Positions 1 through 12,850 of a stretch of 64,000 nucleotides of DNA are shown one piece after another (the stretch's first letter is position 1; the number at the start of each line of letters is the position of its first letter). A program made the position numbers and the translations under genes. Origin of the DNA: the human T2T-CHM13v2.0 reference genome, Homo sapiens; NCBI RefSeq assembly GCF_009914755.1, contig NC_060934.1; one strand, 5' to 3'. The notes beneath the pieces were generated by a model. The model was not told the DNA's origin. It was given only the letters and a program-made list of their open reading frames with translations, and made no database searches.

Positions 1-3000
1 TCCAGAAAAATAGTGGCGTCTGTGCAGACAGGCAGTGCGACTTGAGGGAGTGTGAGGACCCCACGGAGTCAGACACAGAGGGGCAAGAACAGCTCTTGCA
101 AAGCAGAGACCAGGGGCCAACTGCCCACAGCCGGCCTCCTCAGGCCCAGTGGGGCTCCAAGTCTTCGGGAATGCCCCAGGCAGCGGGTGGCTGTCCTCTC
201 TGTGTTGAAACAACAGAGCTGTTTTCTTCTGGGTCCCCCGCCCCCCTTGGCTGTCAGCTCTGAGCAGGGTGTGCAGCCCCCTGGCTCCTATCCACATGGA
301 GCCTGGTCATCTCCTTCTGGGGTCTATCAACTGCATGAGCTGTCAGTGGAGGCCACGGCGGCCTCTCCGTTGCTGACCTCTTGTTCCCCAGCCTCTTGAA
401 AACTCGCTGCAATTTGTCTCTGATCCTGCTGCAGTCTCCCCGCCTTCCCCTGAGGTCGGGGCCTCAGGCTCTCAAGACTGTAAGGCTCACTGTCTCCGCT
501 GCTGCCTCATTTGCCAGGCACTTCAAGCTCCAAGTCTCCCCTCCTTCCTCACTTTTAGGTCTTTGAAATTTTGCGCCCCTATATTCGAAAGTTATCCTGG
601 TCATTGACAGTGCAGGGAGAGAAACTGCTGAAAGCATTCCCCCTTGTTTGGAGGGTCCACTCCTGTCCCTTCTAAACTCTGGAGTTTTCCACACCTCCTC
701 TTTTCTGTCACCTTTTAGATGCCTCCTGATACCTGGTGTCTCGCTTATGGTGTGCTCCCTGTGTGAAGCTCAGTGCTGGTGTCTGTGAGGCTTTAACCAA
801 GGTATACATTGAAAAAAAAGAAGAAGAAGAAGAAATAAAAGAAACTTTTTTCTGTCTGACTTTCTGTGTGTGTCAGCCCAGGCCTGGGGAAGTGTGAGGG
901 CAGGCTGGGTGAGTTTGCCAATCTTGTCATCCCAGAACCCCAGAAACATCACTACCCTAGTGCTCCCTGCACACCCAAGCCATGCTGGCCAGATGTGTCG
1001 CTCTGGTCTCTGTTCGACTCCAGCCCAGCCTATTCTCCTTGGCAGCAGCTCCTGGCATGCTCTGCAGAAGGGGCAGCTATTTCAAACCAGGCTGAGGGCC
1101 CTGGATGTGGCCATTTAAAGAAAAGATGATGGTAGCTGTCTTGCCAGGCAGCACCACTGTGGTCTCACAGAGCACCTGGCAGCCTGCTTCAGAGTACACA
1201 CATTGCCTGCAAAGAGTGCTGGTTTTCTGTTCCTTCTCAAAACTTTGCCTTGGGACAGTGGCTGGGTCGGAGGCTAAGGCCGTCTTGGGGCATCCTTTGC
1301 CCAAGTGCAGTTCTTCCCACTGAGCCACAGTGTAACCTCTGACAGAGTCTGCCCAGGCTGGGGCTGGCGGGTCACCTATTTATTTTAATAGGGCAATCTC
1401 TTTTGGGATGACTGTAAGCAGAGGCCCCAAGTGAAAGACATTTGAAAACAAGCTGCCTGGAAACAAGCCTCTTGGAGGACCACAGGGGGGTGGATTCTGG
1501 AGTCTTCTCTTAACGTGCATCCATGCCTCCCCTGCCTCCATTCATGTTGGCCTAGTCCATGGCCCTCCCCTCCTACTTGAGGAGAACAGCCTTCCAGACT
1601 CCTGGAGGCCCAGGCATGGGACGTGCCACAGGTGGACCTAGAACCCAGGTCTCTGAGTCTCAGTCCACTTCTCATCACTCCTGCTGAACCCACACGTCCC
1701 TCAGCAGGTATATTAACTAGAAGAGCCTTGTTGTGGCTGTGGAGGTCTGGCAGTTACATGGAGGCGCAAATAAACTCTTGCAAGATACTGTGGGGTGCTA
1801 GAAGGAGTAACTTCCTGGAAGGCAAGAGACCTGGTTGTGGTCTCAGATCTGCCAAGCGGCTGTGTGATGTTGGATGAGCAGCTTGCCCTTTCTGGCCTTG
1901 GCACCTGTAGTTGTACAGTGAGTGGTTTGACTCTGGGATGTGTCAAGGCCTCTTCAGGGTACCTCTGCTCTAGGTAATGTCAGGATCTTTCTCGAGGCAT
2001 GAAGGAGAAGCTTGTGGTAGCACACAAGAGCACGTGGAGCAGGACGGGATGACCCTGGTGTTCTCATGGAAGAAGGTCCATGACAGCTCCTTTTCCCCAC
2101 GTGGCCTCGTCTCGGGGCCCCAAAGTGAGTGCAGTGTGGGGCCTGCCTGCTGCCCCTCCTGGAAGCCCTCGCTGGGGCAGTGAGCAGTTCCATGCTCTAT
2201 ATCTTCATCCCATGGTTCTTCCTAGGGATCCACTTGTGACAAATGCCTCCTTGATGGGAAGTGGGCAGGAAACATCTCCTGAAGTGCAGGGAGCCGGCCC
2301 TCTGGATGTAGCAAAGTCCCACCTATTCATGTGGGCACCAACCTGGGCAGGTATGAAGTGACAGAGAGGAGGAAGCTTAGCACCTGCTGTCAGGGCGTGT
2401 AGACTGGCAGGGTAGGCAGCAGTACTGCTGCTGAGGTCATGAATCTTAGTCCTCTCACTCAGCTGGTGACACAAATCACTTGTCCCACAGCTGCTTCCAC
2501 GATCCATTCTGTGGGGCTGGTGGAAACCCATCACCTCGGCTCCTCTGGGGTTGTCCTCCTGCCTCTCAGATTCCTTCTCTGGGCATGGCTCATCCCAGGA
2601 GTCAGAGAGAGGGTCCTCTGGGTGTCACCCCTCAGGCCCCTGGGCCCTCACTCTCCCTGCCTGTAAGGCCCCTTCAGGGCACAGCCTGCTCTCTGCTGCC
2701 TTCCAGCCCTGACTAAGGCACAAGGCTCCTTTCTGTGGCTGTCCCCAGCCCTGGCCCCCAGAGGTCTCCCCAGGAGCCTTTGCTGTGGGCTCTTGCTCAG
2801 CAGGAGCAGAGAAGGCAGGGTCCCTCTCTCGAGGAATAGCTTTCACTACTCTCCTCCCTCCAGCTTGGGGAAATCTCCTTTTGGTTTGGGAGCAATACTT
2901 CCACATTTACGTTTCTTCCAAGATCCCCTGCTTCTTGCTAAGACCCTGGCTCTCCTGCTTTCTTTCTCCACAAAGCCTCCACATCTTCTAACAGATTTAC

Positions 3001-3479
3001 ACCACTGGAAACAAAAGCCAGGACATCTCATGGGTGCCTTCTGCTTTCCCCTGTGTAGCCGGCATCTTGTGAAACAAGGGTGCACAGAGAGAACGGACAG
3101 GAAAGGGAGAGCAGAAAACTCAGGAAAGAACAGGCCCTCTGAGCTGGGATTTTAAAGTAGTATCTGGGCACCATCCCGGATACTACGTTCCCATGTAGAA
3201 GCACATGTGAACATGAGCGCCTGCCCCTAGGCTAGTGACTAAGGTCCCCATGAAAGAAGGAGAGCTCAGATACAGACTGGATTCTGCAGTGCTGCCCAGG
3301 CCCCAGGATGTGGACAGGATAGGACAGGTCCTTGGCTGTATAACTGGGAGCCAACCATGATATGAAGCCACACTTGGGTCACGCAGGATGTCCACAGAAG
3401 CCTCAGTCTTGAGGTGGTATGCAGAGAGAGCGTAGCCAGATCCTGTGCATCAGGAGGGAAGTAGAAACCTAGCCTGAGA

Positions 3480-4100
3480 TTCAGAAGAGAGGAGAAGAGG
3501 TGGAGCCTGGGAGTGGCCCCAGATGGGGTATGGTTTTGCAGGTCAGGCTTAGGAGTTCAAGCCCGGTCCTTAGGCCACAGGGAGCCATGGGTGGTTTTTG
3601 AACAGGGATGTGAGTGGTGAGAGACAGGAAAGGTCCTGAGTGAGTTTGAAGAGAAAGGTGGAATGGATAATCACTGAGCTGGGAGTTCTTTGGAAGGCTT
3701 CCTGAAGGACTCATTCATTCATTCATTCATTCACTCAACAAAGGCTTCTCTAGCACCTTCCATGTGCCAGACACTGCTCATGGTGATGAATATAATAGAG
3801 TGTCTTTCCTATAGCACTTACATTGTGGGTAGGGGAGATGGGCAAACCTTAACCAACATATAAACATTTTTTCCAGGTGGTGATGTAGACTCAGAAGATA
3901 TCATTGCAGGGTAAGGAGACTGAGAGTGAGAGGGGATGCTCTTCCAGCTAGGGAAGCCAGGGGAAGCTTCTAGAGGAGGTGGCATTGGAGTAGAGACCTG
4001 AAGAGAATGTGGGGGTTGATTTTGTCCTAAAGAACACGTTGGCTTTGCGCAGCTATGATGGACAGGGAGTGTGAGTGAAGCCTTTGGGGAAGAGTTCACA
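3480..4100 (-). mobile_element. L2 fragments with (TTCA)n tail at 3712-3735
   Basis: cattcattcattcactcaacaaa...agcaccttccatgtgccagacactg is a typical L2 3' end; further decayed L2 follows. Confidence 0.7.
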
Positions 4101-5134
4101 GGAGCTGCAACCTGCCAGTCTTGTTGCTGCAGAGACTCTGTGGGGGTGAGCTTTGGGTGGTGAGGTTGGAAGGGAGACAGTGCCATTTGGGATGAGAGTT
4201 CTAAGGCTGGGTTGAGGACTTCAGTCTTGCTCGGTGAGCCTCAGAAAGTTGCTGTGCAGGAGGTGAGCAATGGAATGAAAAGCGCTTGGGTCTCTGCAGA
4301 AGGCTCCCTTCCAAAATTACAGTGGGTTGGCCAGGGCAGGGATCCAGGAGCAGACTGAGCATGCCCAGAGAGCCCCCTCCTTTGCAATTACTACAAGTCC
4401 CAGCACAGGGCAGGGCCAGATCCCTTGGGGATCTTCTCCACATCAAAGGGGAGATTAGCTCCAAGCCCCTAACGATGCTGGATGTGCTGGCCACACTCAC
4501 CAGTGCTGCCTCCTCTGAGACTGTCAGCTTTATATCTGCTTCTTTTTATCAATACGGGCAAATAATTCTCTAGACATTTATCATTTTAAACTGTCACAGT
4601 CCAGTGCCTTTCCCGAGGACCACAATCAATACTGATCTCGGTTTGAATACTTTTCTGACAAGGTTCCTATTTGTAGATTCACAAGTAGAACTAATGTGTG
4701 TTAAAGCTATTCAGTTTGGCATTTTGCAGCTCCATTGACACATTAAATATAGGCGTTCACCACGACGATTAACCTTACAACTATTAAGTAATAAAAATCC
4801 CACATACATATTTATTAGCTGAACATCCTATTCCGGCATGATGCCTTCCCCGACGAGGTCTTTCCATGATGGGAAACCAGAGAAGGTGGAGGTGCTGCTG
4901 GAGAGATGAGCTCACTCTTTGCAGAGAATGTCAGGAGGGATGTGGGATCTCCAGGCCACAGTGTTGGTGGGAGGAGGGGAAGCTGCTCTGGGGATGGAGG
5001 CCCGGATGGAACTAGAGTTGACGGGGTACTGAGGTGGGTAGCAGCAGAGCTGAGATGTTCTAGGATGGTGGATCCAGCTGCTCTCTGGGGTGAGATCCCA
5101 GACTTCCTCATTCCTGGTGCTTCTGAATAGGTAT

Positions 5135-5250
5135 CCTTTCTCTTCTTGGGCCTCAGTTTCCTCATCTGCATAATGGGGTCAGACTAGAATTGGTGCCTCC
5201 TGGGATTTTTATAAGGTCATGGCATGCGTACAGTAGGATAAAATTTGTAA
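5135..5250 (+). mobile_element. MIR
   Basis: MIR core gggcctcagtttcctcatctgcataatgggg. Confidence 0.75.
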
Positions 5251-6943
5251 AGCCTACAGCATCAACAGACAAGGAGTGACCAGCTTAGGAGACCCTGGGT
5301 GCCCCAAAGCCCCCTCTGGTGATCATGAGGGTTAAGGCGATTGACAGCTCAGTGAGTGGGGCACACCAGCGGGGACTATCAAGTAGATGAGCTCAGATGT
5401 CCCTTTTGCAGTGGATGCTTGGTGACTCTGTCTCCCTGCTTATTGATGTGGAACTCTGCTTCCTGGATCTGTCTTTTCTGGGCCAGCATCCATAGGGACC
5501 CTGAGTACCTATTTCCTGGCACAGGGGTGCATGGGCCCCAGTATCCTGGGTGTCAGCTGAGGCAGCGACAGGGTGGACATCTGCTCATGTCTACTGCCAT
5601 TCTGACCAGTTGGTGCCCAGGCCCTTCCCATGACTAATAATATGAGCTGGGGGGCTTCATAATGGGACAGGCACGGGGTTCTAGAATCAGCACTCCCAAA
5701 TCCAGACACCCTTGCCAGCCTTGGGGGCATCTATCCACCTTTACCATTGGTCCATATTCGTGAGCTCTGGCTCAGTCCCAGGCCCAAGGCCAGCTGGGGT
5801 TGGGGAGTGGGTAAGTGACAGCAGGACACACTGTGTAGTGGCGGAAAGGAGGAGTCTCCACACAGTTGCAGCACATGGCAGAAAAGGGGGCAGAGATCAG
5901 AGAGGGCTTCCTGGAGGAAGGAGCCTCTGCTTCTAGACTCACTGGACAAGCCAGGATTCTTCAGGCAAAGAGTGGAGAAGAGTATTGTCGGCAGGAGCAT
6001 GGCACATGAGAGGGGATGCTGCAGTGCCTGTGAGGGGTGCCCTGAAGACTGCACTGTGGGAGCACAGCCCCATGAGAGCTCCAGCTGCCGTGCTCTGATG
6101 TCACTGCTGTGTCTATGCTCCCAGCCAGCGACTGAGTATGCAGGCGTGTTCCAGGAGACAAGGGCCGTGCCCTGACCCCTAGATGTGGCCTTGCCAAACC
6201 TTCATGAGACTGCATAGCATCTTTTCTTCACTCATGGTCAGACCTGCTCTGGGATCTGGCGGCAGCTCTCCCAGCCTTTCCTCACCCCCTCTCCATTTTC
6301 TCGCACACGGACGTTTCCCTAATAAATTCCTCGCACGTTGCATCCCATATGGGTGTCTGCTTCTTGCAGGACCCAAACTAACACAAGCAGGAAGTGCTTC
6401 AGGAACTGAAGGGGGTTCATTCTGGCCTCTGGGTAAAGTGTGAGGGTGAAATTGTGATTTTTCATTTTACAACAAGGGAACAAAGTGCCTGCAAAGTTCT
6501 AGATGCAAAATACTTTTTAAACTGCAACATGACTTGTGAAGATAGGCCCTGTTGATGGCTGTGGAAGAGGTTAGGTGCTGGAGCAACACTTCCTGGAAAC
6601 CTGAATGCACATTTGCCATCTCATAAAATCCCCCCAATGGAGAAAGGGAAGTGCACTTGTCTCCATGAACGCCGGAGGAGAGAGGGGCTCAGATATGCAC
6701 CATCTTTGGCGCATCAACTTTGGGTCTGGGATAGGAACCCAGGTGTGTCTAACAGCAAAGTGTGTCCCAATCTTCTGAGGTGTCTAGACACTGTTCATGT
6801 GCCAAGGGACAATCAAAACCTGTCACCTCGGCTACAGTTGGCAGGAGGATACTTCCACCCACACTCCAGTTGAAACCGCAGAAAATGCTGTTAGGCTGGC
6901 TGGCCTGGGATGTGAAGCTGTATAGAGAAAAGGCAACTCTCCA

Positions 6944-7302
6944 TTTTTAATTTATTTACAATTTATTTTTATTTATTTATTTTTTTTAGGGACAGGGCTT
7001 TGCTCTGTCTCCCAGGCTGGAGTGCAGGGGTGCCATCATAGCTCACTGCAGCTTTGACCTCCTGGACTAAGCTATCCTCCTGCCTCGGCCTCCTGAGTGG
7101 GAAGGACTACAGGTATGCACCACCCTGCCCACCATGCCCACCATGCCCAGCTAATTTTTTATCCTTTTTTTTTTTTTTTTTTTTTAGAGATGGGGTCTTG
7201 CTATGTTTCCCAGGCTGGTCTTGGACTCCTGGCCTCAAGCAATCCTCCTGCCTCAGCCTTCCAAAGTGCTGGGATTACCGGCGTGAGCCACCGTGCTGGG
7301 CC
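6944..7302 (-). mobile_element. AluJ, full length
   Basis: T-rich tail at 6944-6987, AluJ-type catagctcactgcagc and ggcctcaagcaatcctcctgcctcagcc, ends gtgagccaccgtgctgggcc. Confidence 0.95.
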
Positions 7303-9055
7303 ATGACTCTCTAGAGTGGGCCACAGAACCCCTACACAGCTGAGAGATGTGTGGACAACTTTTGCAGCACTGTGGTTTTGCTCAAGACCGCTGTCCCTTG
7401 GCCTCTTGCTGCACTCCCAGAGTCAGAAGGTTGGGGCACACTGGCTTTCTCCTGACCTCAAATGAAAGGCAAGGAGGCCTGGGATTGAGGCTGGCTCTTT
7501 TACCACCGTGAGACCCGATCTCTGGGACCTGTCATTGGAGGGCAGCTAGCGACCGTGGGGCAATGGGGAGCAGCTGACCTTGCAGCGGGAAGGGCCATGC
7601 CTCTACTTTCTAAGACAGAGGGACACAAGGGGCGAGGTGCCTCTCCTGGGAGGTGAAGGCTGGTATGGTTCAGTGCCGGGGCTGGGGCAGGGAAGCCTGG
7701 AGCACTCAGACCTGCTTCTGGGGGTGTCCCCTGAAGATGGTGAGCTGGATTAGCCACTGTCAGTGAGGTGCTTCTGGTTTTTCTCTGTTTCTATTTTCTA
7801 TCTTGACAGAAAAATTGTGATTTTCACACTGTCACTAAACCAATAGGTCCCTGACATGTGTTTTTGTAATCTGTGGAGCTGGTTTCCTGTACTTCTGACA
7901 GTTCTATTACATCTCTGACAGTTATATAAAATTTTTCCTCTGGGAAGTTGATGGGGGCTTTTGCCTCTCCCCTCACTGTAACTCCCCAGTCCCCCATGCT
8001 AACTTATGTTTGGAGATGATGGAGCAGGATGAATGCTTTTCTCGTTCCTGCCAGTCACCTCCTGGGAGGTGGACGGTAGAGTGCACAGCCAACAGACAAG
8101 GGAGGGAGACCCGAACCTGAGCTCCCTCAGGTGGGAAAGGGGAGCAGGACAGATCCAGCCCTGGTGACTCAGGAACCCACAGTGGAAGGACGCTTCATTC
8201 CTGCTGGGTTCCAAATTCGGCTGATTCCCTCTGAGAGTCCTGCCCCCACCCCTTGCAAACCACAGGGCACTGTACTGAGGGAGGAGTGCCACCCTGCTTC
8301 ATACTGATGCCTGGAAATATATGGGGGCAGGAGGTTGGGGCAGAGCCTTGGCTGCAGTGTGTGCATGCTTGTGAGTGTGCACACGTGTGTGTTGAATTCA
8401 GGGTGTCACATCTGTGCACATCCACCCTTGCCAGACACTGTGCCAGGCCCTGGGGTGATGGGGCTATAGCCTCTGTACCTGGGGGGCCCAGGTGTGGGTA
8501 TGAATGCTAGAGCTGCACCCATGGGTGGAGCACCTACTCTGGGTAAGTCTGTCCCTGTGCTCACACTGGAAGCACATGCATCCATGGGCATGCATGAGTG
8601 CGTGGTGCATATGGGGGTAGATGTGGGGAACATGTTTGCTTCTGACTCGGTTGCTACTGTCTGGTGCTAAGCACAATGTCTGTCTTCGAGACAACTACTT
8701 CTTTAGCAGAAACAGTGATAGAAGGGGGCGCTGGAGGGACGGGAGCAGGGGCCAACATCACCTCAGCCACAGGCATTGCCTGTCCATGAAGTGGGAGCTT
8801 TGTCACCCTGGTCCTGTCACTGCCCTTCTGTGTGGCATTGGACAGATCCCATTGACTCAGCCAAATTAGGAGGAGGCACTGAACATTATCTTGGGTATTC
8901 TCTATGAAGCACATATAAAGTGGCCCCTAGACCCCCAAATAGCACCTCAGCCTCTGCGAATGCCTTTGCCAGATCTCAGCCTGGTCTTGAGACATTATTT
9001 GGGGCCTTTCAATCGACTTAGCCACTCTGATTTTCCTGTCTATGGAAAACGAGGC

Positions 9056-9069
9056 GTTGCCATGGCAAC
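9056..9069. promoter_or_regulatory. Perfect palindromic RFX X-box GTTGCCATGGCAAC
   Basis: Exact 14-bp match to the optimal RFX palindrome, in repeat-free sequence. Confidence 0.7.
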
Positions 9070-10714
9070 TGCCACATTACACGGTTCTGTACTGACGATG
9101 CCTCTGAGATACAGAGCAGCTTCTCAAAGAGATACACTTTTCAACATGTCATGTAGAATTCTGTACTTGTTAGGGAAAATCGCATTTCCAGCAAAATGAC
9201 ATGTCTCTCCCGGGCTTGCGGACGCATGGCTCACGCCTTCCTTAAACAAAGAATTTTATTCACTGCCTCCCTCCTGCCTCTCTGGTCTGCTACTTGCTAC
9301 CCACCCCTCCCGAGCCCCAATTCCCTTTACATAAAACATGAAGCTGGAGATGAGGGCTGCGCAGAGGGCAGGGCTCCACTAGCCAGGGTGGAGGTGCCCA
9401 GAGTGGGCTGTCCCTTACAGCGGAGGGGCCCAGAGGCCAGGTCTGGGGGTGGGTGCCTTGGCTCTGGCTGTGGGGTCAGCTAGCTGGCCTGGTTCTCCTA
9501 TGTCCCTCCACTGGCTTCCAGGACCCTGGCCTGACTTCTCGGGGACATGCTTAGAGGAAGGATTGCAAGCTCCCCAGCCCCACTCCTTGGTCAGCGCTGC
9601 AAAGGGCCTAAGTGAGGAGCTGTTGTCCTCTTCAAGGTCATGGCCTCCACATATCTCGTGTGTTCAGCAGAACCATGTCAGCTGCTCTGTCCCTGTCAGG
9701 CAGTGTGTTGGGGATAAAGCCAGCCTCACTGGACCCACTTGGTGTGACACTGGACCCACTACTTTCCCTTCTTGACCTCAGATCTGCCATCTGCCCCTGA
9801 GCAGGTGGGCTGGATGCCCCTGGCAGAGCCTGCTCTGAGAGTCTGAGAGCCTGTCCCCATGCTCCCACAGATCTCCAGACCCCAGCTCTCCTTGTGGTTC
9901 TACCTAGAGAGTCTGAAGCTCTCTTTCTCTCAGATTCTGTGACTGATAAATTGGCCACTGAGATATCCCAGGAAAGTCTGTGTGGACACAGGGATGAGCT
10001 TCCCCTAAGGGAACTGGCTGCCTGTACTTCTGAGCTCAAACCAGAAGGCTCCTATCCTGGGAGCCCACTCCTGCATGTTGGCCTTTGCCGGAGGGATGTT
10101 GGACCAAGCTGCTGAGTGACCAGGCCAACACCTCCAAGCACTGATGCATTCAGATTACTTGATGAATTGATGCAACATGCATGTGTTGAGGGTCAGCACT
10201 AAATGAGTTAATACATGTGAAGTTGTTTGATGAGTGCTCGGCACATACGAGCCATGGTGCTCATTGGCCACAGTGGCATGAGAAGGGTGTGGAGACGTGG
10301 AAACACTTGCACAGCCACTGCCTCCAAGGAGCTTGGAGAGAGGGGACAGCCCAGCATCGAACAGTCTCAGCACAGGTGGGGTGGGAGTGCTCAATGTAGC
10401 CTGGTCCTCGAGGCTGGGGAACCCCTGAGGGTCTCCAGCCCTTTTCGCTGGGCTGAGGGGAGCTCTTGCTTTCAGGAGAACTGCCTGAGGCCCCTTCATT
10501 CTTTCCTATTAGAATGGCCTCAGAACTAAGACTCCCCCCAGGAGTTAATCCCACAGTTTACATTGGCCTCTCTCCAGGGAGTGAGTTTGAGGACCATTTT
10601 CTCCCTCTGCCTTCCCTAAGGCAATCACATTGTTCCTGGAAAAGCTTGGCTATGGAGGGCTTTGTAGGCCCCTGGGGCTCCCTGTGGGTGGTGAGGAACC
10701 CTCAGGTCAGCCTC

Positions 10715-10871
10715 CTTTCACAGGCTGGTTATCTGGGAATTTGGCTCTTAGACAAGTTGATCAGCAGTTGTCCTTCTGCCAAGGGCAACAGGGAACCTCT
10801 GGAGGGGTGCAGTGGGTTGGTTCAGGGCACTAGAGAGAGTAAGGAATAGCAAGGCCTGTGTCAGATACAGA
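10715..10871 (+). repeat. Local duplication A, copy 1 (probable donor)
   Basis: ~87% identical to 12935-13097 (about 19 substitutions, 2 small indels by eye). Confidence 0.92.
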
Positions 10872-10912
10872 GGAGCAGCTTTACACGAGGAATTCAGTTT
10901 TCTTTCCTTGAG

Positions 10913-11145
10913 ACTAGTGATGTTCCAAGTGTGGTTCACAGGTCTGTGTTGCTGGTTCACAAATTGTTAGTGGTGCACGAAGGAGTAAGGAGGTTGCATC
11001 AGAGCATAAAGCAAATACAACATTAAACACATATTTAATTCAGCTTATATATGCACACAAACACGCATGCCCATAATTTGTATCACAAGACACTCTTGAT
11101 GAAGGCAGCAATGCATCGATTCAGGTTCTAGTGCAAGCTTTGAAT
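10913..11145. mobile_element. MER5C1-like hAT-Charlie element
   Basis: Starts tagtgatgttccaagtgtggttcacagg; internal inverted segments gaggttgcatcaga / ttctagtgcaagct. Confidence 0.6.
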
Positions 11146-11159
11146 GCCATTGCAGACAA

Positions 11160-11640
11160 GCTCTCTGAGTAACACTGCTCTCCACCACCTCTCACCTGTC
11201 TCCCAGTGGAGATGGGATCTGCCTCTGTGCTGCCCAGGCCAACATTCCCTCTCTAGTGGCCTCCAGGAGCTTCCCACTGGGTCTCCCTGCCTCCAATCTT
11301 ACCATCTTCCAGCCCAAAGCATCCTCCACCCTGCTACCAGAATGTGCTTTCTATGCAACCCTGGCCATGTTGCTTTCCTGCCAAACACCTTCCAGTGGGT
11401 CTCCGAGTCCAAGTTCCTTAGGGCGGTGTTACGTAAGGGCCCTGTGAATCTTGCTCTCTTAATGCCTTCCCACCTCATCGCCCACCCACCTTGCTTTGTC
11501 ATCTAGTCACAGGATTTCTTTCAGTTCTCCAAATATATGGCACTTTGTCTTACTCCTAGGCCTGTGTGCAAACTGTTGCTCCTGGGACACTGCTCTCCCT
11601 TCTTTTGTCCTGGCTAACTCCTATCCCTTCTTCATCAGAG
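11160..11640 (+). mobile_element. L2 fragment
   Basis: Decayed L2 motifs (catcctccaccctgctaccagaatgtgctttcta; cctggctaactcctatcccttc). Confidence 0.65.
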
Positions 11641-11676
11641 ACATTATCTTTCTGAATTAATTAGGATGGCCTCAAT

Positions 11677-12168
11677 TGTATGAAAGAGACTGTTTATTTT
11701 CTCAAATATCCTTCTTTCTTATCTATGGAATCCCCCCTTTTGGTTAGGTTGATGGCTGCCCAGGACAAATGTAGCTCCCAGCCTCCCTTACCGCCAGATG
11801 TGGTCATGTCGCTAAATTCTAGTCAATGGGATATAGACAGAAGAGTTTCTGGGAGGTGTTCTTAAAAGAAGAGGGGGATATTTCTTCCACCTCTCCTCCT
11901 CCCTGCTATCTGGAAAGCAAATGTGATGCCTGGAGCCTGGGCAGCCCTCTTTGAGCCATGTGAGTGGAAGTCACATGCTAAGAATGGCAGGGCAGTGAGA
12001 CAAAAGATGCTTGGTTCTCTGATGACTTTAAAGCTGCCCCTGTCACTCTGAGCTGCTTATCTTCAGACTTCTTATACATGAAAGAGAAATGAGCCTCTAT
12101 CTTGCAAAAGCTACTGTTATTTTGGGGCTTTCTATTAATCACAGTCAAATCTAATTCTAATTGATGCA
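11677..12168 (+). mobile_element. MLT1J-like ERVL-MaLR LTR
   Basis: ctcccagcctccctt...gatgtggtcatgt...tgtgatgcctggagc...gcagccctctttgagccatg; ends ctaattctaattgatgca. Confidence 0.75.
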
Positions 12169-12669
12169 GGTGCAAGTAATTGAATACCTGAAAGTAAGGA
12201 AGACATTTTAGATCTCTCTTTTAACAAGACATCTGGAGGGGGCCTGTTCCAGAATGGTTCGACAGTCTGATCAGTGTCTATGGTTCTTTCAGCCTTTTTT
12301 CTCGTGGTCACAGGATGGCCTCTGCAGCTGCAAATATCACATCCTCACATGGAAACATCTCAGGTAGAAGGATGAGCATAGGTTGGAAAAGATGAAAGAT
12401 GTTCCTTCTCACACCCCTGTCCTTTAACCTTGGAGGAAAACTCTCTCCGAAAGCTCCAAGCATGCTTCCCACTGCATCTTCTTGGCCAGAACCATAGCTG
12501 CAAGGGAGGCAGGGACAGTTAGTTTCTGGGTGAGACAGGCAAAGACCAGGGTTGGGAGTGGCTGGTGGCTGGAAAGTCAGTGATGCCTTGACATTTTCCC
12601 TCTGTGTAGTGTCTGTTCATTGGCCTCTCTCTAGAGCAGGAGTTCCCTAAGCACAGCAGCTGGCACCAG

Positions 12670-12848
12670 GTGCTCTTAAGAGTGCATCCTTTGGAGCCTG
12701 ACTGCCTGAGTTCAAATCCCAGCTATGCTGCTTGTGGCTGAGTTAACGTTTCTGCACTTCATCATTTAAAGGGGAGAGGCAAGCATTCTCACCTACCTCA
12801 GAAGGTTGTTTGAGGAGTAAGCGGGTTCATATATGTGAAGCACAGAAT
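12670..12848 (+). mobile_element. MIR
   Basis: ttggagcctgactgcctgagttcaaatcccagct...acctacctcagaaggttgtttgagg. Confidence 0.75.
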
Positions 12849-12850
12849 GC

